From Psammoneis japonica (Eukaryota), in contig QPGO01000222.1 in assembly GCA_008632985.1 (NCBI GenBank), positions 1 to 64,000 on the forward strand: 64,000 nucleotides of DNA, in the 5' to 3' direction. Below the pieces are notes generated by a model that ran no database searches, had not been told where the DNA came from, and was given only the letters and a program-made list of their open reading frames with translations. Positions within the stretch are counted from its first letter, which is position 1. Every line of letters begins with the position of its first letter. A program made the position numbers and the translations under genes. Below are positions 51,101-62,400 of the stretch, piece by piece.

Positions 51101-51337
51101 ACAAGCACAGTTACGTCTCGTACACATGATGCGATTTATGCTTTTATATAATTCTGAAAATGTCAGGTAATGATGATGTCGTTTGCAATCTTCAGGACCT
51201 CATAAATCTGAATGCATAATGCACTGACCAAGCGTCTGGCCGTGGGGAGTTTGGGGCGGGAAAATTCGAGAACCTGATGGACGACAGACGTGGTGCGGAT
51301 TTGGTGCGCGCGCGCGGAAGTCCGTGGTGCGGAGTTA
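48330..51337 (+). mobile_element. Truncated Mutator-like (MULE) element with imperfect TIRs
   Basis: Left end AACTCCGCACCACAGACTTC..GCGCACCAAATCCGCACCA is inverted at 51291-51337 (TGGTGCGGATTTGGTGCGC..GAAGTCCGTGGTGCGGAGTT). Internal ORF ~49240-49840 (LFPVGQAFAS..QL..WG..C...CP.......HTC) resembles the FAR1/WRKY-type Zn-finger N-terminus of MULE transposases. Confidence 0.6.
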
Positions 51338-52264
51338 GACTCTACCGGTACTCTCTACTCTATCTCTAGCTAGTAGCTACAAGGAGTACGGTAGAGAGTA
51401 GCTAGCTAGAGAGAGTAGAGAATATAGAGAGTAGCTAGCTCTAGCTAGAGTAGAGAGTAACTCTCATGAGGAGCCAAGGTTTCGTTCCGGCGCACCAAGA
51501 TGCCCGGAGAAAGATGCGAGCTGACAACCAACGACGCAAGGATTTTGCACATCTCTGAAGGGAAGACAGAGCATTGTCGTTCAGACCTGAGCTGGGTCCA
51601 GAGGATGAGGGTGGTCCCAAACATTGTGCTGGCACATGACATCGGAGAGTTTCTCAATGCTTCGGTCAACACCTGTGCCGGCATGCAGCGGTGAACTCAC
51701 TGTGCCGCTTGTCCGTCCTGAGAACCCAAGCATTGACATTCCCCTCAAGGAATGATGGTTTTCCGGTCTTTGTGGGGACCCACGCGGAACTTGACAGTGA
51801 AGCTTCTTTTGATCGTCATGATTGCTTTCATTGGATGCTGGGCAGGCTGTGCGACGGCTTCGCGATAATGACACTGTCGTTGACCTGTGGCGAGCCCAGC
51901 TTTTCGCATGTTGTTTCCCAAGATTGACTTCGTTTTTCTTGCACGATGTCGCGCTTGTTGCAAGGTATCTTGGATTCAATGCCGACGCATCGGAAGCACG
52001 GCCTTGCCTTCCAGTTGAAACAGTTGGTGACACTCCCCCGAAGTGGGACGACACGACTCCAATCTATCTACGCGCAACCATTCTTTGTTTTCGAGACACT
52101 GTTGAGTACGGTAATTTCATCCCGGTGAATGTCTACGTCACATTCGAACTCGTGATATGCTTGTATCATCTTTCTAGTTAACCTTTTCCAAGATATGTAT
52201 CACACGAAGATCGACACTCGAGCTGTTGCACCAAGTAATTCACTCATAACGTCAAAAGAAAACA

Positions 52265-53196
52265 ATGGCAAAGACATCAACTGAGTGCTCGAGGGAGTGG
52301 AGGGCCCGCCTAATCGAAGCGAAAGGACTCGAAGGGTACCAGAAAGAACGTCAGCTTGAAGTCAAAGAGTGTCGCAAGAAGATAGAGGAGGAACAAGAAA
52401 ACGGGACTTCAGAATTCCTTTCTGCAGTCAAGGTGCATCTAAAGGACCATGGGAAGGAGCGTGGACACCTTCTGGGTAGCCAAGCGGAGGAGCGCAAGCC
52501 TTATGCGAGATTGATTGGTGCGAAACCGACCGCAACAGAGAGCCACGAACGTCATCACGACGAGGACTTGTCGGATGGTGAGATACTCGAGCAGGAGCAC
52601 GAACCCGCCTTGGTGGACGAAGAGGAATGCTCTGACGACGAGGAAACTAGTGTCGGAAACCTTCGTGGACCCAACAAGCACTGGAAAAAGGGCGACAGGA
52701 TAGTTTTACCCTTTACCACGGAGCGTCGAGAGGTCTGCCCTGACTTGAACAATCATGCCTAAATCTCCACGGTTGGATCGAGGCTTTTCCATGAAGCGTT
52801 TGAAACCTACGTGCCGGTAGAGAAAAAGAAGAGTCTCGGTTTGATCTTAGGACAAGTCGCAGATGACTTGGACAGTAGGGCTCTTCAGAGCCTGCGGTAC
52901 ATTCTAAATCACCGCAACAGTGTTCAGCATAAAAGTGGTCGTACCGGTTGAACAACCGTGAGTTGTACGGTAAGGAGTTGGTATTTGTCCTGGATAAACT
53001 CTGTCCGGAGTGGGAATTGATACCCGACAACCCCGAAGCGCAACGCGTCTACGAAAACAACGCGATGACGCATACGCAGAGCTTGATGATGCAAATGCAG
53101 AGATTAGGCGGCTTGGGCGAGAGCTGTCCAGCCGCCAACATGATGCCGACTACCACCGACCGACAAAGCGCCCCCGCCGAGATGACTATTGAATAA
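52265..53196 (+). pseudogene. Interrupted hypothetical gene with possible HEPN-like Rx4H motif
   Basis: ORF 52265-52762 continues in frame past TAA as ...KSLGLILGQVADDLDSRALQSLRYILNHRNSVQH, then frameshifts into 52948-53196. Confidence 0.35.
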
Positions 53197-53781
53197 TAGA
53201 TTGCCAGCATTATCGCGCATCAGATGGGATACTACTTCTGTTGTAATTAACTTCTATAACTAACGTCTCTGGAATCAGTTGTAACACATCATGTACGGTA
53301 TGTATAGCAATACTGCACGAGTGTGATTTTAACGAATCGACTACTTTTTTGAGGCGTCCGGTTGGACACTAGGATAACACCATTCTCGAGCCACGGCTTT
53401 ACCTACCGTTACTGGATCGGTGGGAAGGAGAGACTTGCGCTGAGAAAAGCCTCCTCAATAAATTTCCCAATAATCAAAAGCAAAGACTGGATGGACAGAA
53501 CGCTTGTTCCTTGGTTTGTTTGCCTCTTGCGATTCTCCTGACGGTTTTCGCCTTTCTTCTTTCCGCGCTTGTCCTTCTGATATAGTTTTGTTTGTGATTA
53601 TAAGAGTTGCGTGTGGTTCACAAGTCTCCAGTGTCGGTGCGGATTCGCTCTTTAGATGTAGTGTTAACATGTGCTATATCTTGCATAAACCTAGTACCAT
53701 ATGCATTATTGGAAGCTTTGAAACGCTTTGGACTTTCTTAGGGCTGTTATATAGTTTCGAGTGTACTCTGTCAAAGGCACT

Positions 53782-55724
53782 CTAGTTTCCCGTATCCTGC
53801 TTCTTTGGTCTTCTCGGTTTCATCGTCTTGGCGTTCAACTTCTTCAACTTTTTCTTTTTGTTTTCAGTGGAGACTGGAGGGACAGAACGCTTGTTCCTTG
53901 GTTTCTTTTCCTCTTGGGCTTCCTGTTGGTGTTCGGCTTTCTTCTTTCCGCGCTTGTCCTTGTTTGAATGTTCCTTGCTAGACTTTTTCTTGTCCTTGTC
54001 ATTGGCTACTGTTTCGCTTGGTAGTGCCTCATCGACATTGGTCTCTTCCTGTACGGTATCCTGAGGCTGACGAGGGCCATTTAGCTTTTGAATTCGTGCA
54101 ACAAAGAATCCATCCATATTGTGAACATGAGGGTAGAAACGCCGTGTCAAAGCCAAGGATGGGTGAAAACGTTTGTTCTGGTATCGCGTGAAACCAGGTT
54201 TGCCTGTGCGACGCAATAACAAAAGTATGTGAGACGGCTATTGTTGAATAGCAACATGGACTTGCTAAACACAACACAACACTATTTGGTCCCCGTACCA
54301 AATTCCAATTCCGCTGGAACAATCTTAATGTTGCGTTTCGTCAAGGCATATTGGACTACTTCTTCGTTTTCTGCCACTGCAACACTACAAGTCGAGTATA
54401 CCATGAATCCACCTCCTTTGGCCTTGGGGTTGAGCGCGTCAATAGCACTCAGCAACAATTCCTTTTGCAAATGCGCCGTGCGGTTAATATCCGCCATGGT
54501 GCGCTGCACCTTGACGCTGGAATCTCTGGAAATGACACCCAATCCGGAGCATGGAGCGTCGAGCAAGACCCGATCAAACTTGTTTTTAAACATGCTACCG
54601 AGTTTGCGTCCATCCACGACGGACGTTACTACATTTTTGACTCCTAGGCGGTGCATATTGGCAACCGTTGCTTTTTGTCGGTCTGCCTTGAGATCATTGG
54701 CAACAATGTAGCCCGTGTTTGCCATGAGCTGAGCAATATAGGACGTTTTTCCACCCGGCGCCGCAGACATGTCCAAGACCTTTTGATTCCGCTGTGGATC
54801 TAGAGCCAAGACGGGGCACATGCTGGCGGCACTCTGCAACATGTACTGGCCACTCAAAATACTCGGGAGTAGCACCAATCGGAATATTGGAAGCCTGAAT
54901 CAACAATCCCACTTTGGACCAGGATGCCAATGGATCAAGCGTAACGCCACGTTTCATGAGAGACGCCGCTAGATCCTTACGTCGAACCTTGAGTGTGTTG
55001 GTCCTTACGACAAGAGGCGAGTGACATCCGAAGCCATGACAAACTCCCATGCTTCCGACGGCCCAAGCATGCTGACAATGTACTCCATCAACTCTGGCAA
55101 GTATCCATAGAGTTCCGCCATGTCAGCAATCAACTGATCCATGTATTCACTCCGAGACCGGTGTGTCTGACGACGTGTTTTAAAGTCGGCCAACACTTCT
55201 AAAATTCCTTCAATCCGCTCGCGCAATTCCGAAGGCGGTACGACTCTGTCTTGTTCTTCTTCCAACTCTTGCGCCGTTGGTAAACGAAATTTGGCTGTCG
55301 ACTGATTAATCATTCTCTGGTATTCGTCGTGTGCCTCCTTTTCCTCTAATTCCATTTCTTCGTCTACCTGTTGCGCTTGACGTTCCACTTCCAAGAGTTC
55401 ATCATCATCTTTGTCACTATGTTCCTCGTCCGAGGACAACAACAATTGCGACTTGTTTTTGCTGCCTTTTGGCTTGAGCCATGATGCGTTTTCATCCGTA
55501 TAGAAGTTTCCCTCCTTTTCATCGCTACTGCTGCTTTCATCGTCACTGCTACTTTTCTCGTCCGCCGTTTTGGTTTTTGGTTTTTTGACTTGTGGCTCAT
55601 CCTCGCTGGACGTTTCGTCGTCACTGCTGCTGTTTTCTTCTTCTTCTTCTGACGACGACGAAGACGAGTCTGTTTCCTCGTCCGAGCGCTCGTGATCGAC
55701 CTTCATGGTACGCTTTTTCTTCAT
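53782..55724 (-). CDS. NOP2: 25S/28S rRNA cytosine-C5 methyltransferase NOP2/NSUN1 (one intron, two 1-nt frameshifts)
   Basis: [51 protein letters not shown] and [13 protein letters not shown]. Intron ~54204-54285. Confidence 0.95.
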
Positions 55725-56086
55725 GGAACAATTGCAGAAACTGAGTGTTACTTTGGCGAGCTTGGGCAACGACATGTACACAAAAATGAGGAACAGCTCT
55801 TGGCTCTTGGCGGCATTTTTTGATGGCTCTGCAGCGGCCACATGGGGAGACGGACAGGCCAAAAAATCTTTATATCATCTACGTTCACAGTGATCTTTCA
55901 TTGGAATCTAATGCGTAGAATTCTACAAGAAGATCCAGTACTGAGCGCCATGGTGGGCTTTGCCCCATCCGAAAAACACACTCGTGCTGTTGTCATGATG
56001 CGGTCATTGTATGCCGCGCCGTCCACATCCGACATGATATCACCTTGCCAACAGTTTGTAGCTATTACACCAAATTACACGCAACA

Positions 56087-57750
56087 ATGATGCTTCAGCC
56101 ACGACGAAGCAACATTGTACTTGCCCTTATTCCAATGATGCCACCAGCGTTGTTGTTGGCTCGGCAGCTACCGGCGAATCCCTTGCCGATTTTCGTCGGG
56201 TGGATTCGCTTTTTCATGAGCAGCTCTTCTCGTGTGGGAAACGACAAGGATGCCATTCCACCCGTAGAGTCACAGCTCTTGGCATACCTCACCATGGCTG
56301 TACTCGGATACATTGCTACAAACAACTTGGTACCGAAAATAAAGGTAAGAGGCTGATTGAGTACTCTACTGTTTTTTTTTGTTTGCTCTGACCTGAAGCA
56401 AAGCGCAAAAACTGAACTTTGTTTTGTTCCAACTTGAACTACTTAGGCCTATACATTACGAAAGGGTATATCAGGAAGGGATTTGGGGAAAACGTGGGAC
56501 TTCCATTGCAGATAAGGAAATGTAAGGGCAACATCCAGACATGGGATCTTACTCGGTTGTTGTCTCGTTCTCCATCGCGAAACGTATTTTTTGCTCAGAG
56601 CTTTGCCTCTTTTGTTTTCAACAGACCGGAAGCTCTTGGCATTGTCCCTGGTGCAATATTTCTTATTTGTCTAATTGTCTGCCTTGTTGGATATGCCACA
56701 TCTCATCCCGACAAGGTAAGCATACGAAAGAAAAAGCAAAGGCCGTTGTCCTTTTTCTTGAAAGAATATCTGATGTAACGTCTCTTTTTGTAGTTGCTGG
56801 ACTGTAATTCAGCACTGCTCTCCATTTGCTTTATGCTATTCCTGGGCTTTACAGACGACGTCTTGGAATGGCCTTGGCGATACAAGTTGCTCTTGCCCTT
56901 TTTTGCATCGCTGCCTCTCCTTTGTTGCTATGACGGTAGCACCACAATTGTCATTCCCATTCCACTCCGTCAATTGCTGGCAAGTGATGGAAACTTTACC
57001 TTACTCGGTGCAATTCTAAGAGACCACTTTTACATGCCAGCCGATGGGTCCAATATTGATTTGGGACTCTTGTATAAGCTTTACATGTTGGCGCTTTCTG
57101 TCTTTTGCACCAATGCAATCAATATTTACGCCGGCATTAATGGATTGGAAGCTGGTCAATCGTTTGTCATTGGTTGCGCCGTGCTTGTACATAACTTGAT
57201 GGAGATATCGTTGCACGACCGAAACGATCGAATCCGGGAGAACCACTTGTTTTCTTGCATGACCATGCTGTCCTTTGTGGGAGTCACATTGGGATTGTTG
57301 CGACACAATTGGTATCCGGCCTCCGTCTTTGTGGGGGATACGTACTGCTACTTTGCAGGCATGACCTTTGCGGTGGTGGGGATATTGGGGCACTTCAGCA
57401 AGACTCTGCTCTTGTTTTTCATTCCGCAAGTACTCAATTTTGTATGGTCGGTTCCTCAACTCTTTCGATTTGTACCGTGTCCAAGACATCGATTGCCCCG
57501 TTTGAATGAAGAGACGGGTCTCATGGAAGCGTCAACGTTTCCTTGTGAACCACATCAATACAAGCTACTCAAGAAGAAACCGGACGACACGGCAGTTCCA
57601 AACATGACTGTGATTAATCTATGTTTACAACTATTTGGGCCAATGAATGAACGAACACTTTGCATTGTGCTCTTGGGATTTCAAATATTATGTTGTGCCT
57701 TTGGGCTCTTCCTGAGATATCGCATTGCACAGTACGTATTTGAAGAGTAA
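56087..57750 (+). CDS. ALG7: UDP-GlcNAc:dolichyl-phosphate GlcNAc-1-phosphate transferase (DPAGT1/ALG7), multi-exon
   Basis: [53 protein letters not shown] and NMTVINL. Confidence 0.95.
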
Positions 57751-57807
57751 AAGAAAAGCTAAACAAAATGGAATGGGAATATTTTTACATTGACCACAGC
57801 ATTACGG

Positions 57808-58191
57808 GACGGAAGCAGCGTCTCGCAGCAGATATACCGGACAGCCCTATGGTACCTAGCTAGCTATATTGTAGTAGAGATCTGGCATTCTACCCCGCTA
57901 AAGTGAATTCTGTTTCCACCACACAACCTAACAAACAAAGCATACATGCCACCAATCGTTGGTCATCTTTCTGCTTAACTGCTTCTCCAGTTCATTACGA
58001 GACGGAAGCAGCGTCTCGCTGCAGATGTTCCGGACAGACCCTACCTATGGTACCTACTAGCTAGCTACATAGTAGTAGAGTTCTGGCATTCTTCTTCACT
58101 AAAGTGAGTTCTGTTTCCACCGCACAACCTAATACAAAAAGCATAGATAGCACCAATCGTTGCTTATTTTTCTTCTAAACTGCTTCTCTAG
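57808..58191. repeat. ~190-bp tandem duplication between the convergent ALG7 and GRX3 3' ends
   Basis: GACGGAAGCAGCGTCTCGC...TTCTGTTTCCACC.CACAACCTAA...AACTGCTTCTC occurs twice (~57808 and ~58001). Confidence 0.85.
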
Positions 58192-59294
58192 TACTTTCTC
58201 GATTTCGTTGCTGTACCCCACTGCTTGAGCAACTCCTCCAGTTCTCCGTTTTCTTCCATTTCCTTGAGGATATCTAAACCACCAATCAAGTCTCCCTCGA
58301 CGTAAAGTTGCGGGGTAGGTTGGCCAATCAGAGTACTTCTTAAGCCCTTGGCGTACTTCTTCATCCTCCAAGATATTGAAAGAATCGTAACTGGCACCGT
58401 GCTTGTCCAACAACTCAACGGCCTGTCGCGAGAAACCACATTGAGGCGCAGACGGCAGGCCCTTGAGAAAAAGCATGATACGATGCCGCTTTACGAGTTT
58501 GCTCAAGCGTTCGTCCAGTGATTCCTCCTCTTGCTGACTTGGTGCACCACTAGAGCCACCTGCTTGTTCATCAACTCCAAGCTGAGCAGCTAGATTACCG
58601 CTCTCGGAATCCTCCATCATTTCCTTGACGATATCCAATCCACCAATCAACTCGCCATTGACATAAAGCTGCGGATACGTCGGCCAATCTGAAAACTTCT
58701 TTAACCCTTGACGGACCTCTTCATCTTGCAATATATCAAAAGATCCAAACTCGACCTGGTTTTCTTGCAACAACTCACAATTTGCCGTGAAAAGCCACAA
58801 CGAGGAGCCGTTGGATTGCCCTTCATGAAAAGCATCACGGTTGTACTAGTCGTCAAGCGCTTCAACTTGTCATTCAGATCCTCTTTTTCTTCAGTCAGAG
58901 CAGCAGCTGGTGCAGCATTTGAAGGTGCGGCCATGCTGTTTGTGCTGCCGTTCTTGATTCTTTCCTCCAATGCCTTGACTGCTTGCGTGACGAGCGCGAC
59001 ATCTTCGACCCCATCTAGTTTCTGTACTAGCGTATTTGTAGACGAATCCAAAAGACACACGGTAGGAATCACAGTGACGCCCAGTTCTTGAACCAAGTCA
59101 GGACACGCTTCAGCCTCGACACGGCCGAATTGAATGCCGGATGACGAAATGGATGCGAGCGCCTGCATCACACTGTAGATATCGCCGCCCTCAACCGATC
59201 CGTCGTGCCATGATGCGCCAAAGAGTAGCACAAGACCACCGGTGACAGGTGGTGGTAGCTCTGAAATGTCAACGAGACGAGACGAAGAAGACAT
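58188..59294 (-). CDS. GRX3: Multidomain monothiol glutaredoxin (GRX3/PICOT type: Trx domain plus 2 CGFS Grx domains); two 1-nt frameshifts
   Basis: LFMKG.P..PRCGFS twice and [25 protein letters not shown] twice. Frameshifts fall in G/C runs near 58778 and 58312. Confidence 0.92.
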
Positions 59295-59455
59295 AATGAT
59301 GTTGTGCTCTCTTTGGGGTTGACGATGGATTCGTTCTTCCTTTATTCTTTATTTTGTCTTTGTCTTGTTTTGTCTCACGCTTGCTCTTGCTCTCACGCGA
59401 GAGAAATCGAAATAAATTTTCGCCTGCCCATCGCCCGCTTCGGGTTGTTTCATAA

Positions 59456-62400
59456 TGTTGTTTTTGGCGATCGGACATTTTGGCAACAGTTGTCTAGTAT
59501 GATATTCTCGTATGTTTCTACGATGAACCCGATGTCACAAAAAATCAAACCCACTCGTGTTTGAAACTTGAAAACAAGGTCTCTTCACGCAAAAACCACA
59601 CAATCTCACGATGCTTTCAATCACATCCACAATGTCCAAACAAACAATGAGATACAACCTTTCTTCCCGCACCGTTCCAATGGAGAGCATGGGGCGTGCT
59701 CGCATGAGCGTCGGCGACAAACGCAGCAGGCTGTTGACCGAAGACGAGGTTTCCCGCGACATGAAGCTTTCGACAAGCGGACGTCCTTCGAAACGTCTCC
59801 AATGGCAGTCATCGGTTCAGTTGAGCGTCATTCCAAGCAAACACGATGCCTCCGATGTGTGCTTGCTGGACGAATTGACAAGCATTGATGCATCCTCAAC
59901 AACATCCGAGCATGAATCACGACAAGGCATTTCGAAACCATCTCGTCTGGAAGTTCAGCCGGAGCTTTCAGACTGGTCACCGACATGCTTGGGTTCAGAC
60001 GAGTCGTCATCGCTACTCCGATGTTACAATGAGCACTCTCAGCACGATCACTTTGCAAGCATTGTGCAACAGATTGCCAGCCAGTCTTCAAGCGAATGCC
60101 TGTTCATCGATCCGAGTTCTGGTCACAAGAGGATGTTGCGGCACACATGCAGTGCGGAACTTGGTTCACGCAAACGTCGTCGGACTTCCAACAAGCAAGA
60201 TGATGAGGTCGTTCTTGTTGGTTCCAGTCACGAGGAGACTTGTGACAACGGAAACAATCATCTGGCATTCGGCTGGGGTCGCCCAAAGCCTTGCTCATGT
60301 GTGAACCACATCTGCTTTCCTCGCACGCGTCGAGACCTCCACCCAAAGACTGTCCGTGCCCCGAGGAAACGCCGCATGGATGAGCACTCCAAGCCTGACC
60401 ATTCATTGCACGTCATGGAGAAGCTGTCTGTTCAAGAATCATCGAATGAACGTTTCACAGACACCTTCTCCGGTGACAAAAGGAAGCATCAGCGCAGAGG
60501 GTTGGGTTCTCGGAAACGACGCATTGTCACACGTGATCAAGATGACGCATGCGGTGGCATTGCCGGCAGACTCAGCGCTGGTCCTGAGGAGAGCAGTCAG
60601 AGGGTGAGTCATTTTGTCGTTTGCATTGTCACTCCTTTTCGTTGACAATTGACCAAAACCTGTTTCTACTTCTACTTTACTCTCTACAATCACAGCTTGC
60701 ACCTGACACATCGAGTCAACACGAGACATCTTCCGTTGCGTCTGTTGCGGCAGAGAATCCTCTCGATGCGATTCTTTTAGATGATGATCACGTCCAAGAG
60801 GTGACGGTTCCTGCAGCGGCGAGTGCGGTGCAAGATGACCCTTCCGATTTCGATGCGTTTGGTCCAGATCATCACAATGACTTGCACGAAGTGTTGATTG
60901 GTGAACAACAATTGGAAGGGTCTCACTTGCCTGCTTCGGACAAGGATGGTCCCTTCCACAATGTGGCATCAGCAATGGCGGTGCCTTCGGCGTGCGAGGT
61001 TCCGTCTGACGATGAGGCTTCCGTTCCAAACCAACACAATGGCGTGCCTGAAGCCTTGGGAGAAGATCGAGAAGAAGAAGAAGAAGAAGGGCATGTCGAA
61101 GTGCGGGAATCCCTCACTGCGGATCACCGTGCTTTTAACAGCGACGATCCTATCCACGAGACGGCGTCAGCAGTGGTGGCACCTTCGCCACAAGAGATCC
61201 CTTCCGACGAAGGCAATGAGCGCATTCCAGACCAGCACGTTGGTGGAGACGGGTTGATGGTGGAGACGGAACAGGCAGAAGATCAGCACGCTGTTTCACC
61301 CACATCCCTCATTACGGATTCCGTCATTCCAAGGCGGTCTGCTTGGCTCAAAGAAGCTGTGGGAAGCGTGCATGTCCTCTCTGCTCATGGGAGAACTGTT
61401 CGAAGGTCCGCTAGAATCTTGAACCGGCGACATGGCACCGTGGGGTAGTTCGAGTGCTTGAGGGAACGAAGAAATACATGGGAAGAGAGAAAAGTGGTAA
61501 TTAGAGATAGAGAGAAAGGAGCGGGAGTTAGAGAAAGGGAGTGGAGCATTTAGAAAAGAGAGAAAAGGAATCGGGGAAATGGCGAGGCGGGACGAAGACT
61601 GGGTTCGGAAAGGACTGTAGGCAGCAACACTCACACTTGCTTTTGTTTGCTTCACCAGTTCCAAAGGGAAGAATTGAGTCTGGCGGCGGGTTTTCTGACC
61701 ATGTGCTGGATCCGTGTGCATGAATCATCATGGTGCAGTTGCTTTTGTGATCGTGTCGATCGGCAAGTCTCGGGTGAGCAGCGACATTCTATCGAGTACA
61801 GAATCTTCGTGGCGCCTGCAGTTCGGCCCACATTACACACAACACGTACCTTTACATTCAACACTACGGATTCAGCTTTGTGGGGGATTGAAAACTCAAA
61901 GCCCGATTCGATGATTCCTTTTTGGGCCTGAACAAGCACCATTGGCCGTGGACAGTGTGCTGCTTGCACCGTAGACGGATTCAGCATTGGTTTTGCGTGA
62001 AGNNNNNNNNNNNNNNNNNNNNNNNNNNNNNNNNNNNNNNNNNNNNNNNNNNNNNNNNNNNNNNNNNNNNNNNNNNNNNNNNNNNNNNNNNNNNNNNNNN
62101 NNNNNNNNNNNNNNNNNNNNNNNNNNNNNNNNNNNNNNNNNNNNNNNNNNNNNNNNNNNNNNNNNNNNNNNNNNNNNNNNNNNNNNNNNNNNNNNNNNNN
62201 NNNNNNNNNNNNNNNNNNNNNNNNNNNNNNNNNNNNNNNNNNNNNNNNNNNNNNNNNNNNNNNNNNNNNNNNNNNNNNNNNNNNNNNNNNNNNNNNNNNN
62301 NNNNNNNNNNNNNNNNNNNNNNNNNNNNNNNNNNNNNNNNNNNNNNNNNNNNNNNNNNNNNNNNNNNNNNNNNNNNNNNNNNNNNNNNNNNNNNNNNNNN

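Noticed and set aside
52713..53030. Minus-strand ORF with HCC..C..CPSHL resembling a His-Me finger endonuclease
   Set aside because: It is short and antisense to a more protein-like plus-strand frame, and the motif spacing is unconvincing.
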